Part shown: positions 1-8,330 of the stretch, piece after piece
Numbering within the stretch: position 1 is the first letter of the stretch
Layout of the letters: each line of letters begins with the position of its first letter
IMG/VR virus record: IMGVR_UViG_2585427768_000010
DNA: 37,430 nt
Strand: one strand, 5' to 3'
Source of the DNA: a virus
Taxonomy: Duplodnaviria; Heunggongvirae; Uroviricota; Caudoviricetes
Translations under genes and position numbers: made by a program
The notes under the pieces: generated by a model
What the model was told of the DNA's origin: nothing
Seen by the model: only the letters and a program-made list of their open reading frames with translations
The model's database searches: none

Positions 1-1002
1 TTACCCTCTATTGTCAAAAGGGTTCAATTCAACAGCAGCCTCTAAATGACCTGGAGCAAAATGCGCATAACGCATAGTCATTTTTATATCGCTATGCCCC
101 AGTATTTTTTGCAACACAAGAATATTTCCGCCCCGCATCATAAAATGACTGGCAAACGTGTGACGTAGCACATGAGTTAATTGCCCATCAGGAAGCTCGA
201 TCTTCGCTCTCTTAATTGCAGCGTCAAAAGCCTCATAACATGGTGAAAATAGCGCTCCTCGTTTTTTAGGAAGCATAGCCTGCAATTGAGGTGAAATCGG
301 TACAGTGCGGTTCTTCTTTCCTTTAGTTTTAACAAATGTGATTCGACCGGGCAGTACTTGAGATTGCTTTAATCCTTCTGCTTCACTCCACCGAGCACCC
401 GTCGCAAGCCCAATACGGACAACAACCCCCAAATCTTTATTCCGTGACTCATCACACGCAATCAGAAGGCGTTCAATCTCATCTACATACAGAAACGCCA
501 GTTCCTTTTCTTCCTCACGAAACTTGCGAATACCAGTCAGGGGGTTTTCACCAGACCACTCCCCAAGGCGCTTCAGTTCGGCAAAAACAGCATGTAGATA
601 TGACTGCTCGCGATTAACGGTTGCTTCACTAAGTTTTTTCTTCCCCTTGGGATTCCATTCTCCTGATAGCCTTCTTTCCCGATAAGTAGCAAACATATTT
701 TTGTCAAACTGAGAAGCAAATGGATCTCCCAGCCTGGAACAAATCGCCTCAAGTTTGACTTTGCGCTCTGCACCAGAGGACAAGGTTTTACCGTACATCT
801 CAAACCAACGAGCAATCAACTCAGAAAGACGAGGACCAGAACCATCTTGAAACTCGTCTCCAACTCTACTATTCATTAAACGGCGCTCATAAGAGAGCGC
901 CTCACTTTTTGTCGCAAACTGTTTACGAATGCGTTTTCCCGATGCCCCGTAGGGATAACATTCGCAAAGCCATTTACCTGATGGAATCTTACGAACCGAC
1001 AT
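1..1002 (-). CDS. int: Tyrosine integrase, P2 Int-like (333 aa)
   Basis: Translation shares P2 Int blocks GKRIRKQF, TGARWSEA, VTFVKTKGKKNRTVPIS, HVLRHTFASHFMMRGG, LQKILGH, RYAHFAP; stop codon sits at window positions 1-3. Confidence 0.9.
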   Translation of the reverse strand: MSVRKIPSGKWLCECYPYGASGKRIRKQFATKSEALSYERRLMNSRVGDEFQDGSGPRLSELIARWFEMYGKTLSSGAERKVKLEAICSRLGDPFASQFDKNMFATYRERRLSGEWNPKGKKKLSEATVNREQSYLHAVFAELKRLGEWSGENPLTGIRKFREEEKELAFLYVDEIERLLIACDESRNKDLGVVVRIGLATGARWSEAEGLKQSQVLPGRITFVKTKGKKNRTVPISPQLQAMLPKKRGALFSPCYEAFDAAIKRAKIELPDGQLTHVLRHTFASHFMMRGGNILVLQKILGHSDIKMTMRYAHFAPGHLEAAVELNPFDNRG

Positions 1003-1007
1003 TTTAG

Positions 1008-1355
1008 TTACTTATCACATAAATCAAATGCAGCCTTAGTGACATCCCCCAGACTCTTTTTTAACCCTGGGGCGGCATCATTATCTAGCCAAAATGGATT
1101 ATTGTTATCTAACGGTAACGCACCAAATGTTTTACCTTTTATTCGAGCCAAACCTGTAAGTGCATATAACTTATTATCGTCAAAATTCATCACATAAGGA
1201 TTACCATCAAGACACTGTAATTGAACCTCATCAGTATTAAATGGCCATACCCCATTGAAACTCTCACGTTCAATAGTTTTAAAAGGCATTGCGACGGCGG
1301 AAAAAGAAAACATAGATAAAAAAGTAACTAATAGTTGAACCTTTTTTACTTTCAT
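1008..1355 (-). CDS. Secreted protein resembling the YebY/DUF2511 periplasmic family (115 aa, signal peptide)
   Basis: N-terminal signal peptide MKVKKVQLLVTFLSMFSFSAVA; remembered YebY-like pattern W.FN..EV.L.C..GN.YV.N, DNNNPF, final LC; GAGGT Shine-Dalgarno upstream; co-oriented with repressor and int. Confidence 0.55.
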   Translation of the reverse strand: MKVKKVQLLVTFLSMFSFSAVAMPFKTIERESFNGVWPFNTDEVQLQCLDGNPYVMNFDDNKLYALTGLARIKGKTFGALPLDNNNPFWLDNDAAPGLKKSLGDVTKAAFDLCDK

Positions 1356-1384
1356 ATCATTACCTCAATTTAGCTCAAGTAAGA

Positions 1385-2035
1385 TTACAAATTAAAAAAT
1401 GCCCTAGAAATGACACCACCTACCAAAACCCCTACGCAGATAAAGAATATTATTTCTTTTGGATAAAGTCGGATTAATTCTGAAGCACGAAGTCGGACTT
1501 CTGGTAAGGTCGAACTCTCTGTGTGGCTTGATGCCGATTGTTGCTCTAACCACGACAATGCAGACTGTAACTGAGAACGAGTAAGATCGTTTAAACGTCC
1601 TGTACCGAAATTGATATGGCAATACCGCAGAAGTTTTTGTCGAAGTCCACAGTCTTCACTGTTACGTAGTAATAAACTTACAAGAGCCTTACAGGCATCA
1701 TGATCTTTACATCGCTCAAGCATTGCATGCAGAAAACTCTCCGCTGTTTTATATTGATTTACTGTCATATCATCAATACCAGTTACACCAATCTCCGCAT
1801 GTACTTTTTGCCAAATAATAAACGCTTCAGTATTGCTAGCTTCTGCAATAGCAGCAACCAAGCTATTTAGCTCCTTACGCTGAGCCTTAAGCAAAGGGCG
1901 ATCGTCATCATCATTATTCGAAGGGATTGCGATATTGACGGTCTGAGAACCATCATATCGCTCTATCTGAATATTCTTTTCGTGAAAATCACGCCCAGCA
2001 ACGCGATTGTTTGAACCGTTTGAGTTGACGGCCAT
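1385..2035 (-). CDS. Hypothetical protein with C-terminal hydrophobic anchor (216 aa)
   Basis: ORF with GGGAGGTG Shine-Dalgarno; C-terminal hydrophobic segment IIFFICVGVLVGGVISRAFF; N-terminal NNRVAGRDFHE motif also found at the C-terminus of the upstream repressor. Confidence 0.55.
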   Translation of the reverse strand: MAVNSNGSNNRVAGRDFHEKNIQIERYDGSQTVNIAIPSNNDDDDRPLLKAQRKELNSLVAAIAEASNTEAFIIWQKVHAEIGVTGIDDMTVNQYKTAESFLHAMLERCKDHDACKALVSLLLRNSEDCGLRQKLLRYCHINFGTGRLNDLTRSQLQSALSWLEQQSASSHTESSTLPEVRLRASELIRLYPKEIIFFICVGVLVGGVISRAFFNL

Positions 2036-2050
2036 GTCACCTCCCTACTA

Positions 2051-2455
2051 TCACCTACCCTTAGTTTCGTTATAGTCACGACCAGCGATACGGTTATTAC
2101 CACCAGAAATATTTAACTCACGTCCTGATGGCTGAGTTTCCTTTTCACTGATCGCACCTTTTAAAGCCCCAATCACCGCATTTTTCACATCTAACGAAGC
2201 TGCTCGAAAGCGAGTAATCAACTCCTGCTCATCATCGTTATAAGTTTCAGGTGAGTGAATTCCCAACACAACATACTGAACATCAAGGCCAAAACGAGAC
2301 AGCGCTGCCAAATACGCAGCATCAGGAAAGCTATCTCCTTTCTCATATCTAAGCTGAGTTAGCTTTTTGACTCCACCAATGTCGCTCATGGCAACTTGAC
2401 TAAGTCCCAATCTTTCCCTTTCCTCACGCAACCGCTGACCAATATCATTTTTCAT
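2051..2455 (-). CDS. XRE-family helix-turn-helix immunity repressor (C/CI analogue, 134 aa)
   Basis: N-terminal HTH (QRLREERERLGLSQVAMSDIGGVKKLTQLRYEKG); positioned divergently from the early operon and upstream of int as in P2 C. Confidence 0.7.
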   Translation of the reverse strand: MKNDIGQRLREERERLGLSQVAMSDIGGVKKLTQLRYEKGDSFPDAAYLAALSRFGLDVQYVVLGIHSPETYNDDEQELITRFRAASLDVKNAVIGALKGAISEKETQPSGRELNISGGNNRIAGRDYNETKGR

Positions 2456-2464
2456 ACAAAAACC

Positions 2465-2494
2465 TTGACAGGTATCTTTTTTGATACCAAAATG
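2465..2494 (+). promoter_or_regulatory. Candidate early promoter with embedded operator palindrome
   Basis: TTGACA at 2465-2470 followed directly by perfect inverted repeat GGTATC-N6-GATACC (2471-2488) in the repressor/early-operon divergent intergenic region. Confidence 0.35.
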
Positions 2495-2530
2495 ATTTCA
2501 CGAGCTATTAGATGATCACAATATACCACT

Positions 2531-2737
2531 ATGAAACAAGTTCTTCACGATACCAGATCACGCATTCCGCGTAACACCGCCACAGGTCCAAGACTGGCAC
2601 TTCGGCTGTCCCTCGAGGAGCGAGCCGTCATTGATGAAATGGCAGCTAAAGAACAACGCTCATCCTCTAACATGGCGCGCATGATCTTCCTTCGCGGCCT
2701 AGAGCTAACCCAGAAAGAACAAAACAAATCTTCCTGA
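2531..2737 (+). CDS. Small putative ribbon-helix-helix-like regulator (68 aa), first gene of early operon
   Basis: ORF; segment RLSLEERAVIDEMAAKEQRSSSNMARMIFLRGLE resembles RHH DNA-binding proteins; function inferred only. Confidence 0.4.
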   Translation: MKQVLHDTRSRIPRNTATGPRLALRLSLEERAVIDEMAAKEQRSSSNMARMIFLRGLELTQKEQNKSS

Positions 2738-2753
2738 TCAGGAGGCTAGTGGG

Positions 2754-2957
2754 ATGTCAGGTATAACCATCAATATCAATGTGAATGCCCCCTATGTATC
2801 CCTGCAGAAATATGCAGAGATAACAGGTATCCCTCTTAATACATGCAAAAAGATGTTGGCTGACGGTCGAATTATTATCCGACCCAAACGCGCCAAAATG
2901 GAAAAGCCTGAAGTAAACCTTGTGGCGATGTTAAAAGACGCTTTGGCTAACAGCTAA
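2754..2957 (+). CDS. Cox/Apl/AlpA-like small HTH protein (67 aa), putative excision/transcription regulator
   Basis: GGAGG Shine-Dalgarno; HTH-like YAEITGIPLNTCKKMLADGRI similar in pattern to P2 Cox (FAKLIGKSTGAVRRMIDKGKLPVI). Confidence 0.45.
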   Translation: MSGITININVNAPYVSLQKYAEITGIPLNTCKKMLADGRIIIRPKRAKMEKPEVNLVAMLKDALANS

Positions 2958-2978
2958 AACAATGAACAGAGCACCATC

Positions 2979-3329
2979 ATGAAAAAAAACGCTAATAATC
3001 CATACTCCAAATTTCGTAATGGCGTAGAACGCCATGTACACCACGTCGCTACCAGTGCATCACGTAGTAACAGTCGCTATAACCTGAACGAGACGCACGC
3101 AACACCGGATGGCCACGCTGTAAAACAAATCGGCGAGCATGCCTGGCTGATTGAGAAAGCTGGAATCGTGGTCCACAAATGCCCACGCAATCCGTTTACC
3201 GGAAACCGCATTTTTGCATTGAACTGCGGCGACAATCACTTCGGGCAGGATTTCACATTATACGAAGCACTTCGCACGGTTGATCGTCTGCTTCGCGGGC
3301 AAAGTTTTATTAAACAGGCTGATTTATAA
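2979..3329 (+). CDS. Hypothetical early protein (116 aa)
   Basis: ORF in early operon, co-oriented and tightly spaced. Confidence 0.5.
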   Translation: MKKNANNPYSKFRNGVERHVHHVATSASRSNSRYNLNETHATPDGHAVKQIGEHAWLIEKAGIVVHKCPRNPFTGNRIFALNCGDNHFGQDFTLYEALRTVDRLLRGQSFIKQADL

Positions 3330-3339
3330 CAGGTGCTTT

Positions 3340-3618
3340 ATGACCAAAGAGCATGCACAAGGTGTATTTATCCGTTTTATTGATTTTCGCGGTGAACTGT
3401 TATTACGCGCATCAGCCATTGACGGAGTTGTTCCATCCGAAAAAAACGCAGCTACTTACGTTTATCTGAACGGTACGCGCCTGACTGTGGAGCTTCCGTA
3501 CCAGACCGTACGAGAAATCATTAGCGAAGCTGAAAAGGCACGTCAGGTTAATGGCGATGAACCCTATATCGAAATTATTTGTATGGATTCAGAAGCTGAA
3601 ATTCAGAAAGCAGATTAA
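3340..3618 (+). CDS. Hypothetical early protein (92 aa from ATG 3340)
   Basis: ORF; the internal ATG at 3340 avoids overlap with the upstream gene. Confidence 0.45.
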   Translation: MTKEHAQGVFIRFIDFRGELLLRASAIDGVVPSEKNAATYVYLNGTRLTVELPYQTVREIISEAEKARQVNGDEPYIEIICMDSEAEIQKAD

Positions 3619-3629
3619 AGGGCGTTGTG

Positions 3630-3872
3630 ATGGGCAAAGAATATAAAACTCTCATTAACAAAGCACTTGAGCGTTTTTATTTTCGCTTAAGTGCATCAGG
3701 CGCTCATGCTGAACGTGCGGCCCGTGACTCATTGACCAGAGCAATCCGAAGTCTGTATGACGTGGCTTTTTACGCTGATGATCTGGATGCACTTAACGAA
3801 CTTTCCGAGCTGATCTATGCCGCAGAATGCGGGGAACATATTGAACCGTATAAGCTGGGAAATATCGCATGA
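3630..3872 (+). CDS. Hypothetical early protein (80 aa)
   Basis: ORF with ATG at 3630. Confidence 0.45.
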   Translation: MGKEYKTLINKALERFYFRLSASGAHAERAARDSLTRAIRSLYDVAFYADDLDALNELSELIYAAECGEHIEPYKLGNIA

Positions 3873-3982
3873 GTATATTTATCTCATGGCTTGTTCTGAT
3901 TATTTCGGTGGTCTGCGCCATTGGGATTATGCGAATTATTAATTCAGTAAAAAAGATTGAACGCTTTTTCACTGAAGAATAA
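3869..3982 (+). CDS. Small hydrophobic peptide (37 aa, MSIFISWLVLIISVVCAIGIMRIINSVKKIERFFTEE)
   Basis: Hand-translated; ATGA start/stop overlap with upstream gene; one predicted transmembrane helix; below the 60-aa cut-off of the supplied ORF track. Confidence 0.3.
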   Translation: MSIFISWLVLIISVVCAIGIMRIINSVKKIERFFTEE

Positions 3983-4068
3983 CCGCGCAAATAAGACCCC
4001 AGGTTAAATAAGAAAATGTGAAAACAATCCGCATTCGCGGAGGTATTCGCACACGCCAAGGAGGCGTA

Positions 4069-4272
4069 ATGGCAATTAAGCATTTTCCCGTCGTTCGTTT
4101 CACCTCCAAAGGACGTGAATACGAAGTTGACGAACGCCTGATTACCACAATCGACAAACACCGTTCAGAAAAGGATGCACATCACATCTATCTCACTGAC
4201 GGCACTTACTTTTGCGCCACCAACGTGGTGCAGGTAAATCTTATCAGACAGGTACAGGAGTCACGCAGATGA
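4069..4272 (+). CDS. Hypothetical early protein (67 aa from ATG 4069)
   Basis: AAGGAGG Shine-Dalgarno at 4055-4061 precedes ATG 4069. Confidence 0.45.
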   Translation: MAIKHFPVVRFTSKGREYEVDERLITTIDKHRSEKDAHHIYLTDGTYFCATNVVQVNLIRQVQESRR

Positions 4273-4514
4273 CCATTCTGGACTACATCGCTGCCAATCC
4301 GGGTTGTAGCGGTGGAGAAATCGCCGCAGCACTGAATACACCAACCACAACCATTAATGCGGAGCTACGCCGTCTCTGGCGCAGCGGTTCAGTCATAAGA
4401 AAAGAGCGCAAAACAGGCGGTCGCTTTTCTTATCAGGTAAACCCGATGCCGTTTGGGTGTAGCAACCCACTAACCCAGATGTTCAACCAGCTACTGAGGG
4501 AAATCAGAGCATGA
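4269..4514 (+). CDS. Putative winged-helix DNA-binding protein (81 aa)
   Basis: ATGA overlap with upstream gene; sequence MTILDYIAANPGCSGGEIAAALNTPTTTINAELRRLWRSGSV has HTH character. Confidence 0.45.
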   Translation: MTILDYIAANPGCSGGEIAAALNTPTTTINAELRRLWRSGSVIRKERKTGGRFSYQVNPMPFGCSNPLTQMFNQLLREIRA

Positions 4515-4655
4515 GCACCTCCAACTGCCGGAAACCACGTCGGGCTTCAGCAGCTCATCCGGCAGCAAAACAAACTCCATTAATTCCTGTTCCGGGTCTT
4601 TCCTGCACCTTGTGGCGGGAGGCCTTCGCACATCTGTAACAAGAGGATTGCCGCA

Positions 4656-5021
4656 ATGATTCTCGCCAACGACTTTCTTGAATACCTGCTCAACACAGAG
4701 CGTGATCTTGCCGTTCGCGTGCGTGAACGTTATGACATGTACCTGAAATCCCAGCTTGTACCGCAGCTCGCTGACGGAAAGATTGTTATTGATGGTCGCT
4801 ACATGATTGACAGCCACGAGGGAAATTACAGGCTTTACCGCATTGAAGGTGGCACCCCGTCCGTTATTGGCATTTACCAGCGCCCATCCTCTGCAATCGT
4901 CAATGTGATTGCCGACAGCATCCGCATCACACATCGCCATGCCGACACAGAAGACACCGTGCTGGAAATTCAGCGGCTGGCTACAGTCTGCCGCGACACC
5001 CTGAATGGCATGACGAAGTAA
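4656..5021 (+). CDS. Hypothetical early protein (121 aa) directly upstream of A
   Basis: AAGAGGA Shine-Dalgarno; occupies the position of P2 B-region genes. Confidence 0.5.
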   Translation: MILANDFLEYLLNTERDLAVRVRERYDMYLKSQLVPQLADGKIVIDGRYMIDSHEGNYRLYRIEGGTPSVIGIYQRPSSAIVNVIADSIRITHRHADTEDTVLEIQRLATVCRDTLNGMTK

Positions 5022-5027
5022 ATCACT

Positions 5028-7850
5028 ATGACGGCAGAGTACATCAGGGACTGGCAACAACCGCGCCACGCAGTGGGGCGTGAAGGAACGGGGATCCCCG
5101 CTCCTGAATCCGCGCTTTCCTCCTGGCTGGATGCCTACCGGGCAGAGAACGAGCGCCGCCAGGAAATGGCTGATGCGGCGTTCTCCGCCACGCCGCTGGG
5201 CAACCTGATTAATAAAAGCCTAGACGCACAGGAAAAACAGGACAAAACAATCACACTGGCAGGAGACGCCAGAAAACAGGCACGCGGCGCGGTAGATGAG
5301 GCCATGGCCTCACTGCGCCTGCTGCCGTCCTATCTGCGCGATCCGCTTATTCGCCACCTCTCCTTCCTGCGCAAAAAACAGGAAGCCGATCGTCAGCAAG
5401 GAAAAAACGCCAGGCAGGCAGAACGCTATGCGCGTGGGACCCTGCGCAAAATATTCGAACGTCTGGAGCGCACCGATCACCGCTGGCTGACATCGGGTTA
5501 TCGCTCCCTTGCCGGACGTGAACGCCTGGACGATTTGATTTCCCTGCCGCAACTCAACAAACACCAGATACAGACGCTGGCCACCATGACGGCGGCGATG
5601 TTCAGCAGCACCTTCGAAAAACTCTGCGATGGTTTTGGCGCGACTGATGGCGAGCTGACCATGGATGTAACGCTGAAGGCGTATCAGATGCTGGCCCGCA
5701 TGGCGTTACACTTACACGCCATGCCTCCGCATTATGACGCACTGACAACAGACAAAGACCGGAGGCACGAACCGGACACAGAACTGCTGCCGGGCGCAAT
5801 CCTTCGCCTGACCTGTGCGGAATGGTGGAAACGCAAACTGTGGCTGTTACGTTGCGAGTGGAGAGAAGAACAACTCCGCGCCGCCTGTCTAGTTTCCAGA
5901 AAAACATCGCCCTATCTGAGCCAGGACGCGTTAAGCGAGTTTCGCGCACAGCGCGAGAAAACACGCGATTTCCTGAAAAGTTTCATGCTGGAAAATGAAG
6001 ACGGGTTCACGATTGATCTCGAGACGGTGTATTACGCGGGAGTAAGTAACCCGGTTCACCGTAAGGCAGAAATGATGGCCACCATGAAGGGGCTGGAACT
6101 TCTGGCCGAAGCCCGTGGCGACAAAGCGGTGTTTCTGACTGTCACCTGCCCGTCAAAATACCACGCCACAACGGAGAACGGTCATCCGAATCCCAAATGG
6201 AACGGGGCCACAATGCGCGACTCCAGCGATTACCTGGTTAACACGTTTTTTGCGGCGGTCCGCAAAAAACTGAACCGCGACGACCTGCGCTGGTATGGCA
6301 TCCGCACGGTGGAGCCTCATCATGACGGCACCGTGCACTGGCATATGATGGTCTTTGCACATCCGGAAGAAATCGACACCATTGTGTCCCATACCCGCGA
6401 TATTGCCATTCAGGAAGACCGCCACGAGCTGGGCAATGATATTACTCCGCGCTTTAAGGTGGAGTATGTCGACGGCTCAAAAGGCACGCCAACCAGCTAC
6501 ATCGCCACCTACATCGGAAAGAACCTGGACAGCCGCGCCGTGGATGGCATCGACCCGAAAACGGACAAGCCACGCGTGGACCACGAAACCGGAAAATCAA
6601 TGGCCGAGAGCGTGGAACGCGCCATCGGCTGGGCGCGTCTTCACCGCGTCCGCCAGTTCCAGTTCTTTGGTATCCCCTCCCGTCAGGTATGGCGTGAACT
6701 CCGCCGCCTTGCCAGTCAGATGGCCCGCAACCCGGAAGGTCCACAACGTCTGGAAAATGACGCAATGGATGCGGTACTCGCTGCCGCTGATGCCGGGTGT
6801 TTTGCCACCTACATTGAGAAACAGGGTGGCGTACTTGTTCCACGCAAAGACTACCTGATTCGCACCGCCTACGACCTCGCAGAAGAGCTGAACGATTACG
6901 GCGAGCAAAGCGTACAGATTTACGGGATCTGGTCGCCACAAATCGGGGAATCTTCCCGCGTGTGCACGCACCCGGATAACTGGAAGCTGGTAAGACGTAA
7001 ACCGGAAGCGGAAGACAGCGCCCGCGAAAATGGTTTTGACCTTCAGGGCGGCCCTGCCGCCCCTTGGACTCGTGGCAATAACTGTCCCCGTGTACAGGAA
7101 ACGGACAACAACGGGACAGAACAGCCGGAAGAACGGCCAGCACCGTGGCCGCAGCTCCCTGACGGCGTTGAAGTGAACGAATGGATGCGCTCACTGAAAC
7201 GGCACGAACGCCGGGCGCTGATGCGTTCGCTTCGTGACAAACAGGCAAAAAACAGCAGTGATGAAATGCAGAGCTGGACACAGAGCCGCAAACAGCAGCG
7301 GCCTTTGCCTGATAACCACGAATTACTCGCTAAAGAATGGCGGGAGTCTGCTGAATCTCTCGGCCTGCATATCGGTGAACAGCAGATGCAGCACCTGTTA
7401 CGGGGCGGCAGTCTGTACGTTGACGGCAGCATCATTGCACCGCAGGGATTTGAAATTGTACGCAAACCGGATACCCGACCGGACAGCCGGATCACGCAGC
7501 TCTGGCAGCGCCTGAGCCGTAACCACGGCGTAAGCAGCACGGAGATCCGCCATAACCCGGTCGCCAGCTATCTGGAACAGCTGGGGGCATCAGACCCCGA
7601 AGCCGCCGCACGCCTGGCATCCACACTTCAGCAAGACCAGAACACCATGAAAACACCCGTTACCGTGCTTTCTGACATGCTGCGCGCCATCCGCGACGCA
7701 GAGCACGCACAGAGAATCAGTGAAACCACTGAACGCGCCCGCCGCAAAGCAGACCTGCTGCGAGGTGGCCTGACCAGTGGAAACAAAAAACAGACAGAAA
7801 CGGGATTCACAAATCCCGTAAATGAGCAAAAAACGCGCCGCGATATATGA
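5028..7850 (+). CDS. A: Replication initiation protein A (rolling-circle endonuclease, 940 aa)
   Basis: HxH metal motif (VHWHMMVFAHPEE) and tandem-tyrosine rolling-circle motif (SYIATYIGKN) as in P2 gpA; position after early operon. Confidence 0.85.
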   Translation: MTAEYIRDWQQPRHAVGREGTGIPAPESALSSWLDAYRAENERRQEMADAAFSATPLGNLINKSLDAQEKQDKTITLAGDARKQARGAVDEAMASLRLLPSYLRDPLIRHLSFLRKKQEADRQQGKNARQAERYARGTLRKIFERLERTDHRWLTSGYRSLAGRERLDDLISLPQLNKHQIQTLATMTAAMFSSTFEKLCDGFGATDGELTMDVTLKAYQMLARMALHLHAMPPHYDALTTDKDRRHEPDTELLPGAILRLTCAEWWKRKLWLLRCEWREEQLRAACLVSRKTSPYLSQDALSEFRAQREKTRDFLKSFMLENEDGFTIDLETVYYAGVSNPVHRKAEMMATMKGLELLAEARGDKAVFLTVTCPSKYHATTENGHPNPKWNGATMRDSSDYLVNTFFAAVRKKLNRDDLRWYGIRTVEPHHDGTVHWHMMVFAHPEEIDTIVSHTRDIAIQEDRHELGNDITPRFKVEYVDGSKGTPTSYIATYIGKNLDSRAVDGIDPKTDKPRVDHETGKSMAESVERAIGWARLHRVRQFQFFGIPSRQVWRELRRLASQMARNPEGPQRLENDAMDAVLAAADAGCFATYIEKQGGVLVPRKDYLIRTAYDLAEELNDYGEQSVQIYGIWSPQIGESSRVCTHPDNWKLVRRKPEAEDSARENGFDLQGGPAAPWTRGNNCPRVQETDNNGTEQPEERPAPWPQLPDGVEVNEWMRSLKRHERRALMRSLRDKQAKNSSDEMQSWTQSRKQQRPLPDNHELLAKEWRESAESLGLHIGEQQMQHLLRGGSLYVDGSIIAPQGFEIVRKPDTRPDSRITQLWQRLSRNHGVSSTEIRHNPVASYLEQLGASDPEAAARLASTLQQDQNTMKTPVTVLSDMLRAIRDAEHAQRISETTERARRKADLLRGGLTSGNKKQTETGFTNPVNEQKTRRDI

Positions 7851-7898
7851 AGCGCGCATAAAACAGGCAAAAACGGGATTTCAGAATCCCGTAAACGA
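7798..7898. repeat. Two direct copies of a 28-bp hairpin-containing motif (AAACGGGATT-N5-AATCCCGTAAA)
   Basis: Copy 1 at 7798-7825 (inside the 3' end of A), copy 2 at 7871-7898; each is a 7-bp stem with 5-nt loop. Confidence 0.6.
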
Positions 7899-7926
7899 TT
7901 AATTAATCAACATAAGGAAAAGCGAC

Positions 7927-8328
7927 ATGAAAATTTGTATCGATGACGGCTCCACCAACATCAAGCTGGCATGGACTGAGAACGGCGAACGCCGCAACGC
8001 CATCAGCCCGAACAGCTTCAAGTCGGAATGGTCTGCGCCGTTCGGTGGCACGCAGCCCGCGAACTACATGCTTGATGGCGTGCGCTATGGTTTTGATCCG
8101 GTCAGCGATCGCTTTGTCCAGACAACTGACACGCAATACCAGTACAGCGATGTGAATGTCATTGCCATTCATCACGCGCTGGTCAAATCAGGCATCACGC
8201 CACAGGAGGTGGATGTGGTTGTCACCCTGCCACTGAGCGAGTATTTCGACACAAACGCACAGCCGGACATAGCCAACATCAACCGCAAAAAAAGCCCAGG
8301 ATTCCCGGGGCGGTTCAGAGGAGAGTGA
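7927..8328 (+). pseudogene. ParM/StbA-like actin-type ATPase, N-terminal fragment only (133 aa)
   Basis: Translation aligns colinearly with remembered plasmid R1 ParM residues 1 to about 125 (IDDGSTNIKL, SPNSFK, QYSDVNV, HHAL, TLPLSEY, NINRKK) then ends after 9 unrelated residues. Confidence 0.55.
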
Positions 8329-8330
8329 GA

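Noticed and set aside
6454-7281. 275-aa ORF on the minus strand
   Set aside because: Antisense to replication gene A; Arg/Cys-rich, no start context.
5028-7850. Possible P4-type satellite primase (alpha) next to an integrase, suggesting a P4-like satellite rather than a helper phage
   Set aside because: The protein has the HxH and tandem-tyrosine rolling-circle initiator motifs of P2 gpA, the integrase matches P2 Int blocks, and a full P2 structural gene set follows.
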